Assembly (NCBI RefSeq): GCF_964355755.1 | Contig: NC_092670.1 | Span: 30,988,388 to 31,052,387 of the forward strand | Length of the DNA: 64,000 nt | Direction of reading: 5' to 3' | From: Antedon mediterranea | Lineage: Eukaryota; Animalia; Echinodermata | Part shown: positions 51,401 through 64,000 of the stretch, one piece after another | Position numbering within the stretch: the stretch's first letter is position 1 | How the letters are laid out: each line of letters begins with the position of its first letter | Position numbers and translations under genes: made by a program | The notes under the pieces: model-generated | Told to the model about the DNA's origin: nothing | The model's input: the letters and a program-made list of their open reading frames with translations, nothing else | The model's database searches: none

Positions 51401-54400
51401 GAAAAACCAATGGTAGAGAAGGAAACCTTTCTCGAAACCTCTAGAAAAAGTAGGCATGTACATGAAAGATGAAATGTTCTATTTTAACTCGGCCTCATGG
51501 AATAGCCTTTCATCTCTCATCTCATGAAAGTCTTTTCCCTAACCCTAACCCACTCATTAGCATTCAAAGTGTTGATGAGATTTTTCTTCCAAATAATAAT
51601 ACTAATTGCTATATTACTTATATTTCACAATACATAGGAACTATTTACAGTGTTTTACTCTGTTTTTCGGTGCTCACGAATGGCCGAAAAGTTTTAAAGG
51701 TCAGTTCGAACTCGACTAAACTGGATTGTCTCAATGGTATACGAGTCCTAAGCATGTGGTGGGTTATTCTTGGACATTCAGCTTCTTTTATATTTCCACG
51801 AATAGGTATTAAAACTTTCATTATTTGTATAATTTTATAAGTTTTCAGACGATGAAGAATGAATAGAAAATGATCTAACATCAAACTCGTTGATAAAAAT
51901 GATTTTTTTTAGTAATGAAATATTAGGAATAGGGATTAATTCGTTTAATAATAAAGATGTATTGTCCCCCTGAACAAATAATTATTAATTTCTTTGAATA
52001 TGCCATTTTAATGTCACTAATAGTTATCCACCAAAAATTGGATCGAAAAGAAAATGTATTTAACTAAAAACTTTAACTTAAAGCAAAAAATTGGCTGCCA
52101 GTTAATAAGTTTTGGGTTTAATGTAACCATTTATTTTGTCATTTTATAAGTGAAAACAATAATTTGTACTAGTTTTTTTTTTCTACGGAAGTGATTGACA
52201 AAATAATCTATTTCAAGTCTGATTTATTAATCGTTATTTTTCATATTTTTTTGTACAATACATCTTTAAATGTTTTGAACGATATCTTAGTCTCCATTTT
52301 CTAAATTTTATATAGATGGATTACGAATTTTATTCTTAGTTTGTCTGACAGGAAATAAGAACAAGAGTACCGATCATCAGGCCAACCATGGACGCTGATA
52401 AGCACTTTCTTATTTTAAAATACTTCCTAACTGTATGTTTACATCGGTACCATACACATGGATATGTACATATGTGTACATGTACATGCCGATATGTAAT
52501 ATAACGGCAACAGATTGTCTTGCACCATTTCTCCACCGTTTTGCCCACCATTGCCGAACTGAACTAGTTTTAGGTCATAAAAAAATTAATACACATACAA
52601 TTATTATTAAATTAATACTTTGAATGATATCTTAGTCTCAATTGTCTAAATTTTTTATAGATAATTTTGGTGGTGTTTATCGGATGGCTATGAATTTTTC
52701 CTTCATGGTAATTATGAACGGGACGTTTTCAGTGGATTCCTTTTTCGTTTTAAGGTATGTGTGATTTAACAAGTAGATATATGAATGCAAGAATATTGTT
52801 AACAGTAGTATTTAAGATTTGTTTTTTATTCTTGTATTAGAACTGTTGTTGTTTGATTTGTTTGATGTTGTTGTTTGAAATTATTCTAATTTTAATTACT
52901 AATCAATCAATACATATGCATCTATAACAAACCATTGAATGTCTCAGCATTATATGTATGTCACTTATACCAGATTAGTTCTAATTTTATTTCATAGGAA
53001 AATTGACATTAAAGTTAGTATATATTTTTTTGTTATTTGTAAATCTGCGTTTTTAGTTTTCATAGTAGCAATTCCAATTATTCATTCATTATATTTTTTT
53101 TATTCATAAATCGTGTATATTTTTTTTTATTTTCCTTTATTGATTTTTTATATAATTCGATTGTCTATTTCATTCTCTTTCAGTGGATTACTTATAACTT
53201 ATCTAACACTCAAACATCTTCATAAATCTGATGGAAAAATGAACTGGGCAATGTTTTACTTCCATCGTTTCTGGAGATTGACTCCATTTTACATGGTAGT
53301 TCTGGCAATGCATGCCAACTTATTTGCACATATTGCCAAAGGACAGGGATTTAATGAGTTGATGCAACAAGAACATGAGAATTGTGCCAATTACTGGTGG
53401 ACAAACCTCCTATATATTAACAATCTTTATCCATTTCCCGGAAGTATAAACAGACAGGTACTATTTGTTGATGTTTTGTAGCCAAACAAAACAATATTGT
53501 TACAAGACATTTGTAAGAGTATTGAAATGCAATGATATGTTAAAAGTAAAGCTAATCAAGATAATATACATTCAATGCAATTATTTGGGTCAACCGGCTC
53601 AGCTACAGTGATTAAGTTCACTTAGGTTGACTCTGGTCTCCCCAATGTCAGTTTTTTTGTTTTGTATATACTTAAATAGACCAAATAAATAATGAAATGA
53701 AATGAAATACAAACGTTTTATTAAATATGTATTGTCCCCCAAAACCATGAAAAATAAAGATTAATTAAATAAGACTTTAAATAGGTTATTTTGTAGTTTT
53801 AATAAAGTGAATCACTTCCGTAGAAAAAAATCGGAAAAAATAAAAAATAATGTTTTCACTTATAAAAAAGCATGATAAATGGTTAAATTCAACCAAAAAT
53901 CTATTGGCTGGCAGCCAATGTGACCATTTTTTTCTTTAAATTACAGTTTTTCAGGTAATTAAATTTGTTTCCGATCCAATTTTTGGTCGAAGTCAATAAC
54001 TATTATGTGACATTAAAATGAGAAATTCAACAAAAAAATGTAAAAAAATATTTTCAGGCGTACAATACATCTTTAAGTTAATTTATCCTATTAAAACTAT
54101 ACGATGTCAAACCCGATATAAATAAGTTTCGTCCTTTCTTGTGATTTTCTAAAAATATTTTATTAACAAATTATGCCTGACCATTTTAGTTTAACTAGAT
54201 TTTTAAAAATCATTTTTTAGTGTATTGGCTGGTGTTGGTATTTGGCTAATGACATGCAATTCTTCATTATTAGTCCGTTCATTATTTACCTTCTTCACAG
54301 GTAAGTTTTCTTGCGATAAAACACATATTAGTACCGGAATATATTTAGTTCATGCCACGAGGAAGCCAAATTTGGCGGTTTTTAAAATTACATATTATGA

Positions 54401-56340
54401 CAATAATTCAATTAAAAATGGTATATATATATATAATTTGTTTTCCTCAGACGATGGAAATTTGGTATGTCAGCGATATGTTCGTTGTGTTTGGCCTCAT
54501 TTGGTGCAACCGCATACATTGCAACTTACTGGGGACTCGTTGTACAAGGAGGTGCCAATGGGCAAAAGTGTGTAAAGCAATACTTAAAACATGTCACTAA
54601 TTAACCCCATAGTATGTTATCTATTAAAAAAACAGTTCATAACAAATATTTAAATTAATGCGCACGAAGCAACGATTGCAATTTTAATTTGGCTTTATCG
54701 ACAACTATTTGTTTTTTTTTATAGAAATTACAACAACCGAACTCAAGAGTTGCCTCCTGGAAATGACGATCTTATCTACGGCAAACCGTATTGCAGAATA
54801 CCTGCCTATTTGGTGGGTATGGTAGTCGGTTTTTGCCTGTTCAAAGTTCATACAAAGAAGTATAAACTACCAATGGTTAGTTAACAAAGTAATTACTATG
54901 ATTCTATTTTTTGATTTAAAAACCTACTTATAAAACCTGTATACTATACAGGTTTACATTCGTAATATCATGTACGATTCCTCCATGATAATAACAAAGT
55001 ACTCTTGCCATTTCTTTGGTTTTTCATAATTCATCATCTTTGTGCAATACAGTGTAGGCCATTGTGTTTTAAATTTTGTTTAAACCAATGTCTGACTGAT
55101 ATGTTTTAAGCAATCATTGAGACTTCCAAGGGAGAATAATACAAGATAGTTTTTTTTTAAATATTAATGTAAATAGCTGATGTATTGTTAAGTTATCCTT
55201 GTTTTACGTCTAGGTGGAAATTTTTACTACCAGATTTTTCACGACAGAATGAATAGTTTCCATACAAAAGTATCCGTATCGACAATACTTTAACTTTACT
55301 GTATTTTCACCGGCAATCTTTAACAAAAATTAAAATAACAGATATTCGCTTTACTTGGCTGGTGCGCAGCCATTGCGACTGGTATGGCTGTCATCTATGG
55401 ATTGTGGGGTACCTTCAAATATGAAAAGCAATTGAATCAAGGCGTTGCTGTATTTTACACAACCGTATCACGGTTTGCATGGTCAGCAGCTGTAGGATGG
55501 GTGGCGTTTGCTTGTTCCACTGGATATGGAGGTAAATATTTCCCATATCATCATAGTTAATGTATATAATATTATATTTCACTTCGGTTTATCGCGTAGT
55601 TTTATATTAAACATCATGTCAGTGCGTACAATCAAGAACATTAAAAATTCCTTATTTAATGCACTCGCTTACATAGTGATAATCTACCGTATTAGCAATA
55701 CAACGAAAGCATAAGTCAACATATTAACAGTCTGCGTTTTAACGGTCTTTAATGTTTTTTCACTATCGAATTTTCTTTTCATGTCATTATTATTTGTTTT
55801 TAAATAGTATATGTTTTGTGTTACCGTCTTATTAGAACCTAAATCATAATAATTATATCCAAAACAACCACAAAGCTTTCATTACGTCGTTCATTATAAA
55901 AGTTCATATTTTTTTTTATACAAAGTGATTTCATCCTATTTTCAGGATATGTTAATACTCTCCTTTCGTGGAAGTTATGGGGTCCATTAGGCCGTATGTC
56001 GTACGGAGCCTATCTTGTTCACCCGGATATAGTAATGACTAACATTTATATAATGAAGACATCATTTCATTATACTATTCCTAACCTTGTAAGTATAGAC
56101 TACATAGAATATCAAACTAACTAGGTAACTTGTTTATCAATGGGAAAAGACAAACTATAGACCACATAAAAAGGCATAATAAATTAATTTCCGATCTGTA
56201 TCTTCAATTTATTTCAGTCTTACTTCTTTATGAGCATGGTTGTTTTATCCTATGCATATGGCTTCTTGATGTCTCTTCTGGTCGAGGGCCCTTTTATGGG
56301 GATGGAGAAAGTGATATTTGGAAAGAAAAAGAAAGAATGA
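48464..56340 (+). CDS. nrf-6: NRF-6-like O-acyltransferase, paralog 2, 14 exons, ~745 aa
   Basis: Exons 48464-48767, 49181-49338, 49891-49960, 50380-50488, 51193-51449, 51638-51805, 52661-52754, 53184-53457, 54221-54300, 54451-54567, 54725-54875, 55342-55531, 55946-56088, 56218-56340 (2238 nt, open). Same intron phases and motifs as paralog 1 (CLNGIRVLSMWWVILGH, FSVDSFFVLSG, WYLANDMQFF, YGKPYCRIPAYLVG). The exon 10 donor (GTGTGT) is weak. Confidence 0.92.
48941..49100. mobile_element. Decayed Tc1/mariner-pogo-type MITE
   Basis: CATTGGAACCACTATTAAGGA ... TCCTAATAGAGGGGTTCTA imperfect inverted ends. Confidence 0.45.
51955..52265 (-). mobile_element. TTAA-target MITE family A, complete, reverse orientation
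   Basis: ATAA|AGATGTATTGTCCCC ... GTACAATACATCT|TTAA; the interior is the reverse complement of 53725-54072. Confidence 0.75.
53725..54072 (+). mobile_element. TTAA-target MITE family A (Kolobok-like ends), complete
   Basis: TTAA|ATATGTATTGTCCCC ... GTACAATACATCT|TTAA; four related copies in the window. Confidence 0.78.
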
Positions 56341-57893
56341 ATCAGATGTTAAACCTAACGGAATGTAGATGTTCAGACGTTTATTATCCTCAGTGACAAC
56401 GGATAGTACAACTGAATTCATTGTTTTCATTTTCTGCATTTTTTTTTTCTAAATTTTAAAAATAGATAACGAAGGAAACTTTATTTACCATATTTGATAA
56501 TGATATTGAATAATACTAAGATGTTAACACAATTTTTGATAAACTTATTATTATGCTAGTATTTTGTTTCTGTTTTTATACACTGAATATGTTTTCTGCT
56601 TCGTTTGATACCTTCGTAGAGGCCGAAACTATAATAAGTTTCTTTTATGCATATCAATGTCGCAGCCGAAGCTGAATTTCTCTGTATTTACATTAAAATG
56701 TATAAAACGATACAAGTATTTAAAAAACCGTTAAGCATTATACATCTAGGAAACAACAAGAAAAAAACATAAACAAATAAAAAGCACAAAAAACAGAGGT
56801 AAAACAGATTTTAAAACTTTACTGAACTGTAGTCATGATATAAGTTATACTGTATTGCAATGTACAAAAGAAAGATTGCAATTTCTAAACGTTTTGAATA
56901 GTTTTAAATCCTAGTGTAAAACAGTATTCCAATATGCTCAATTATTATATAATGTTTTCGTAGGAAAGTCATTTCTTTCAAAGAAATTAAGAAATCGTGC
57001 GTGTCATGTCACGATTGGGTTTAACTTCAACAGCGTCCATTAGGTTTGGAACCGTTTTTTTTTTCTTTGGTAAATGTTATGCTATTCCGTATAAATCATG
57101 TACAACGTGTACAAAATAACGAAGACAAATACAGTATCGAAACTTATCTATTTATACCGTTTATGCATTACGTAACAATCCTACAATTAACCACGAATAA
57201 CAAATTACTGTTTTTATGAACAATGTTATGTGAAGACGATTCAAATATTGAAGTTCTACATCATTAGTATCATATGAAACATCAAATAGCCTTGACATTT
57301 AAATGGAGGCTTGATAATGACGAATATAATTTTAGATATGACTTAACTTAACGCTAATACAAATATAGACGGATCAGAAAAAAATAGGTGTGTTTAGTTT
57401 TGGAGGATATTGTTTATTATTGACACAGTCGTAGAGGTTAGACAGATCTAGGTCACCGTACTTCTAAAGGAAGATTTTCTCTCTTGTGCCAATCAAATTT
57501 ACACTAATATTAATTATTTCTTGATGATTCCAGTATCATTCGCTCTTCCTCACTGAATATCGAAAAAAAATCATCTTCCGTTAGCGATTACATGTTATTT
57601 TAAGTAACATGTTTTATTTGATAAGTGATAATTCAGTACTGTATACATAAAATGATGGTGATGATGATATAGCAAGGATAAATATTCTCTTTTACATTTT
57701 GTTCTTGTTTGACATCGTCACGTTAGGATGTCATAGCAACTTTTATATACAGTTTTCCTTTGTACAATATTTGCAAAGTATCGTGGAAGTACTCCTTAAT
57801 CCTCAATTGTCTTACACTACAGTTCGTGTATTCTATGTTTGTTTCACAAACAGACATCTTTAAAGGATCAGTCAGATTTAGCCCGCGTTGCAG

Positions 57894-60800
57894 ATGAATT
57901 TCAAGATGGCAGGGGCCGTACATACCTTCACTGTTCTCTTCGTGTTCTGTCTTCTTTTGGCCAAATTCGCTGACTGCGAGACGTTCATACCTACCAATAA
58001 CAATGGAAATACAACTTTTCCAAATGTTACCAGAGTTTATGGAGAAATTCGCTCAATAATAGAAATGGCAAATTTTAACGTGACTATTTCCGAAAATGAG
58101 ATATCAAGTTTTCTCGATAATGTACCAATTGATGTTTTTAACGATATTCCTGTCGAAACGGTAACGTCATTATTAGCTGTATTTATTGATGATGCAATAG
58201 AGTCTGCCTTTCAAGATTCCAGTAAAGTGTCTGAAGCGTGTTTAACCGATCTAACAACGTTTTTGCAAGATTTATTGAAGATAAGTAGCGACAATTATGC
58301 ATACCAATGTAAGTTATAAAAAATATGTTGTTTTTCGATATGTGTGCGGTTAATATGAACTGATTTGTTATTTTAGAAACGGGAGTAAACTCAGATGAGG
58401 CATAATGTAGTGCATTTTGCGTATCTATATATAAATTCTGGTTAATTCTGACATAGGCGAGCACAATGGAAAAACTTCGGGACAAATCTCCGCCTTGGAT
58501 ACCTACCTTATCTATCTCAGATGTAGGCCTACCGCGAAACGTAGATTTGATAACATTAGTTTCCACTATTACGATATTGTTCCATATTTCTATCTTAGGA
58601 AGATATTATAAAGGGTTTTATAAGAAAATGTCTGATTTCAATCGGTAAATTTTAACTCTACGCGCGGTAGAAGTAATTTCCGGTCCACGGTAAGGTGTGT
58701 CAATCACCTTGCAACTTCCCTGCATGATTGGTTTCAACCAGGGAGTTGTAAAACAACTCCATGTTTCAACTAAGTTGGTGCTTGGTGGCGATAGCCATTT
58801 TGTTTGGATTTTTTCGGACCGCGCGTGTGAAGGTATAGACATGGAGGTAAAGGTATAGAGGTACATAACGATCAAATTAAATATATTCATAAAACATAGA
58901 AGTATATTTTGGGAAATAAGTATATAAAATTACATCGAGAGAACTGATGATAAGAGCTTTTGTTCGAAATCGAATAAAACCCCGATAGCCGAGTTGTATT
59001 ATATATATAACACAATTATACTATTTTTAGTAGATTTCATCGGACTGTTATCTACAATTTACCAAGCATTTGTTATTCTTTTTTACCACTTTTCATATCT
59101 ACAATAAACACTATACGTAAAATGCTATTAATCATCTAAGACACTGTGAAACAGGTTAGTGAATATCAAAAGAATTCACGCCGACCGAAATCGTCCAGGC
59201 CAGAATGTCCTTCTAAAACTTTTTACCCGAGTCATTAACATTTCAAGAAATCGTCTACACTTTCTAGAGGGGGAGCGAACGAAGCGAGTCCATCCTCTTG
59301 TTGTCAGAATAATAATAAATAATTTCCTGAAATAACTAGTCTTTTTCTTTTTAGTGCTGGCTTCTAACGGGAAATTACCGTCAGTAAGCGATGTGTATAA
59401 CGCTAATTTCCAGTCTCTCGGAGACTATGACTTGTGCGTAGGGGCAAAATCGCCATTTGAAACTAAACAATGTGGAATGACACTGTATTTAGCGGTAAGT
59501 TCAATTATTTTAAATTTGTTAAGAGAATCTAATATTTACTTAACGAAAGGCAACCTAACCTGGTCTTTACTTTAATAGCATCAGTCATTTGATGCTGTAT
59601 CAGCAGCTGCGTCTATTAAACTAAGATGCATAGAGATACCTCAGGTATATCATATTGTAGGACTCCCTATTATGGGTCCTATGACAAAATGTTTATATCA
59701 TTGTTTGTATACCGACTGAGACCCACTAAGACTACACTAGAACAATAATGAATGACGATACATAAACATGTATGTTTTCCACATGGAGTAATATAAGTAT
59801 AGGATAACCATTTGTAACTGCTTTTAATGACAATTTTATTTTCACAAATCTAATCAAAGAACGATAAACTGGATATAACAAATTATTCATAACATCTAAA
59901 TTGTCGGTATTAACATGAACGGCCCTTTAAACTTTTTATCTCTATTACATTGTAGTCAATCGGTATAACAATCGCTATATGCAGTCCCGCATCTTGCAGC
60001 GAAGATGATTTGAAAATTATCATTGACGGAGGTAAGAAAACTTTGTTAAATTTTATTTTATTTCGGTTTTTCATGTTCATTTACGTCAAAAGACGTTTTG
60101 TCGAACGCCACTTTGCCTGCAGACTTCTGGTCAACAGACTTTTGACCGACGAAAATTTTTCACTGACCGTATATTTCGTCAATTGTCATACGGAAAAACG
60201 TTATTTACGTGTTCAATGTTTAAAGCTGTTCTTTTCAAATCATGCTTTCAAACAAAAATAGTTGATCTACAGTACAGTGTACAATGTAAGTTTATTCTAT
60301 CAGATATAATAATTGCATCAATAAATAGTCATATTAATTCATAATTACCTTTCTTTTTATTTAACTTTGCAGTGAAAACATTACCTGTATTTAATGAAAC
60401 CAGTAATGTTGACATTAGCTGGATTCACGTTGGATTTCAATGTATCGACGAAGTTCCTTGGTCAACTGGTTCAATAGTAACCTTGTAAGATATTTCTTTC
60501 AATATTTAATTATTTTTTAAATATTAATTTTTGTTAACTACATAGATTCCAGTTTGATTGTAAGTGCCCTATCAATCGCTACAAAATAGCGCGGTGAATT
60601 CAGATTTTGACTGGATTAAGCTCGGAAAGCGTTTCCTCATGATGATAGCATAACAATAATGCCTAGCGCATGCTCCACAATCGTTTACCATTCAAACAAC
60701 CTAATAATGGCATTTTAATGTATGCTTACGTCACACTGTTAAATTAACATACTATATATAGTATAAACTCAATATAGAACCACTGTATTATTAGTTTTGT

Positions 60801-63505
60801 GAATCATCTAAAAATAAACAATGATTATACGTTATCCTTAGAAATAAATTGTTGGTTTGTGATCTCTTTAAGGTTGTCTTGGTAATGCAAAATACTCTTT
60901 AGTTAGAGAGACGCACCTTGTGTAAATAATACCACATGAGCCCACATCCTCCCTGCTTATATAATAACTTATGTCTATATGGTAATCTACGCCTACATTT
61001 TAAACACTAAGTTGTATGACCTTATATTTTAGTACAATCATTTGCTAACTGTGTAATTTATTGACTGGCCAAACATGCTATGTCACAACAACGTAATGCT
61101 TCGCCAATAACGTTAATTTGAGATTTCAAAAATTATGTAGAAGCCATTCTAATCAATTAGTCGGCTCCTCTATGTTAGATATTTATTGAAATAAAAATAA
61201 AACAGGCATTTGCAAGGATTGCTCACGATGTATGTATGGGAAAAATGTGAGTCGAAAGACAAAAAAAAAAAGGTTGTTCACGACCACTATTAATAGAAAA
61301 TTCTTTTTTTAAAATTTATATTATATATTGACATTTATATAATTATTTAGTTATTATTATCATTTAATATCGAAACTATGTACTCTAATCAATGGCAAAC
61401 ATACAGTAACAGCGGGTATACGCACTGGTCTTCGTGGATTTCCTTATTTTTAATACCAAATATTAGGATTGTAAAGTAACTCAAAATAGCACTATGTTGA
61501 TAAACCTTTGTTTCAGTGTCACATAGTCGTCCAGAAAAAAAATAGATGACAATTACACACGTCTGACCTATGGGATGACATCAGTTAGACAACATCCAAA
61601 CTCTTCATATTGAAATGGACACGGTGAAGAAATGAATTAAAATCCCTGATGTAATATTTACCAATCAATCGGTATACCGTACCATTTATCTAAATATTTT
61701 TCTTCTTTTTGTAGAGCTCTACTGTCAATATTTGCATTATTGGTTGTCCTGGGAACTGTCCACGACTACACTATAAAACAGAAACTTAAAAATAGAAACC
61801 ACGTTTATGAAAAGGAACAAGACATTCATATGGAAAAGAACAACGACAACCTCGGATACCACGCAAAGGAAAGTAAGATTGACTTGGATTCACAAGAGAA
61901 GGGCGAGGTAGATAACAAGGCGTTTGAAGCAACTGAAGAAAGTGCCGCATCATCTAATACACGTGAAATAAAACGGTCAAGCAGCAATAAAAAAGCTTCT
62001 CCGCCAGACGAAAACTCTAATGAGAAACGACTTCAAACCAATAAGAACCTTCCAATACAGAAATGTTCGTATTACTATTATAATTATTTCGGTTGTTTAT
62101 GTACAAACAATAGAAGTGTATACGTATTTTTTCATACATTTGTAAAATATAAACACAATAACAATTGCCACAAGCGTTACAATAAGCAACTTTCAGCGGT
62201 ATACATTTTTTAATCGTGAAATGGTAAGAATGTTGACCGTCATAGTTTGTCTTATTTTGTCGTTGATGAAGACATTTATTCCCAATCCATCGATACATAG
62301 ATGGGACTTTCAGCTTTATTGTCGCCTGTTGGTGGGTTGACATTAATTAAATCGAATTCCCGCTCTTTACTAAACATCCTTTACAATTTAAATCATGAGG
62401 CCGTGGTTTGAACAGCTTATATCTTTTGTTAATAACATTTTCTTTATAGTGACGAGTACTGAAAATGTCTTTGAAAAAGTGTTACTATCATTTTCGGCAA
62501 CAAGAAACGGATCCAAGATATTTGACATTGGGAACAGTTCCAGACAACTGGGGTGTTTGAACGGAATCAGGGTTTTAAGTATGTGGTGGGTGATACTTGG
62601 ACACTCTTTGTATTTTGCCATTGCACGATATGGTAAGACTTTTATTATGAATAGTATATTAGCGTAAGCATAACACACTGTTCAACTAGCTATATCAGTA
62701 ATCAATTATATACCAAGCATCGTAGTAATAGAATGAGTTAGAACGTTAATATCGCATAAAACCACCCTATTGCACCAACAATTAGTGCGTCTGATTTAGC
62801 AAAGTTTCTCTTAGCGTTAACCGTATACTGTTACTATAGTTGGAATAGGTTTAGATTGAAGAAACACGATTAACAATTTTCTGTGATTTTACAATTAGAT
62901 AACCCAGCACATGTATACAGCCTTGCCACTGATCTTACGTTTGCAGCAATTGTCAACGCTACATTTTCCGTAGATACTTTCTTTGTGTTAAGGTAATGAA
63001 CATACATTTTAGATTTGTTAAAAGATCAATAATAATAGTTCGAATGTTGATCTGAATGCAAAATAAGATTTCGAAGTTTGGAAAAAGCTATGGGTTTTAC
63101 ATTCTTTAGCCTTTGATTATTATCATTGTCATGTCATTGTTGTTTATACACAAGTACATTAAACAATGAAGTTTATGACGACGATAATTATTATAACTTT
63201 AATGATAAAACAAGCTTTATTTATTTTTTAGTGGCCTTCTTCTTACGTATCTCACTTTGAAACATCTTAAAAAGACAAATGGTCGAATCAACTGGTTACT
63301 GTTCTATTTTCATCGATTTTGGAGATTGACGCCCTCATATATGATGAGCATTGGTATATTATCAACCCTATTTGTCTATTTCGGCAAAGGAATAGGAAAA
63401 AATGAATTTGCTGAATATTCTACAAACACGTGTTCAGATTACTGGTGGACAAACCTGCTTTATATCAATAACCTTTACCCGTTTCCTGGTAGCTTGGCAA
63501 ATATG
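57894..63505 (+). CDS. nrf-6: NRF-6-like O-acyltransferase, paralog 3, exons 1-8 (3' part outside window)
   Basis: Exons 57894(or 57906)-58308, 59355-59494, 59956-60031, 60373-60484, 61715-62064, 62450-62632, 62899-62992, 63232-63505. Motifs VSEAC, LGDYDLC, ICSPASCS, CLNGIRVLSMWWVILGH, FSVDTFFVLSG, FYFHRFWRLTP, WWTNLLYINNLYPFPG. The exon 5 donor (GTTCGT) was chosen by phase and is uncertain. Confidence 0.9.
58424..59300 (+). mobile_element. Non-autonomous Helitron family 2 in intron 1 of paralog 3
   Basis: A|TCTATATATAAA start; 3' hairpin CTAGAGGGGGAGCGAACGAAGCGAGTCCATCCTCTTG|T, same architecture as family 1. An alternative end CTAG|T lies at 59336-59340. Confidence 0.7.
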
Positions 63506-63658
63506 GTGAGAATTGGATTTTTCAATGAATCATACTGTACGCTACGTAATTAGAATTTGTATTTCAATTATTTCCGTAATGTACATTTCACGATTATTCC
63601 AGCGTAACCCTAACTATTCCTGTGACAAACTAGGCATATTTATAAAGAGTTGTCTTTA

Positions 63659-64000
63659 CAGGCCCGTAGCCAGGGTTTTTTGTTGGGGTTCGGGCGAACC
63701 CCCCCTTTTGCGCGAACCCCCCTTTTACCAGCGAACCCCCCTTGAAAAACAAAGGCCCCACTTTCAAAATCGTGCAATCAATTATCAATTATAGCAGATT
63801 TTTTGGTAATTTTACTTCTATTGACTATGTTTAAATCGATCGAATATATATTGTCCGATGTCAAAGTCACTGCCGAGCGTGAGATCGAGAGATTGTTGAG
63901 AGATGATGGTTATAAATATGACAGAAAAATGGACTGACCAATCGCGTGCTTCGGCCGGGCTTTTCGGAACGCACAAGATCACGTTCAGTTCAGTTCAATC
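63659..64000. mobile_element. Probable hAT-like MITE left end (runs off window)
   Basis: CAGGCCCGTAGCCAGG start followed by repeated GCGAACCCCCC subterminal motifs; the other end is not visible. Confidence 0.45.

Noticed and set aside
58944-58975. CTGATGA..GAAA hammerhead-like motif
   Set aside because: Stem II is possible (GAGC/GTTC), but three extra bases follow the core and there is no valid stem III, cleavage triplet or stem I.

Overview
AT-rich, intron-rich animal genomic DNA, probably a marine invertebrate (echinoderm-like, inferred only from repeat style and the 5S-like sequence). It holds a complete 17-exon ELP2 gene (8413-27082, +, 838 aa by my splicing) and three tandem + strand NRF-6/acyltransferase_3-family genes. 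Two of these are complete 14-exon genes (780 and 745 aa); the third runs off the window after exon 8. Introns and intergenic DNA are packed with non-autonomous, often nested mobile elements: Penelope-like remnants carrying minimal hammerhead-ribozyme motifs, a 5S-derived SINE, a CORE-type tRNA SINE, Helitrons, DINE-1/HINE-like elements, and IS3EU-, Academ-, Mutator-, Harbinger- and TTAA-target TIR elements. Least expected: (i) hammerhead motifs, including an inverted pair with the U3:A8 core variant; (ii) 21 copies of the palindrome TAGGCCTA, with one paralog pair differing by TA versus TAGGCCTA, pointing to transposon excision footprints; (iii) small templated-insertion scars. All exon boundaries and alignments were done by eye; no database search was run.
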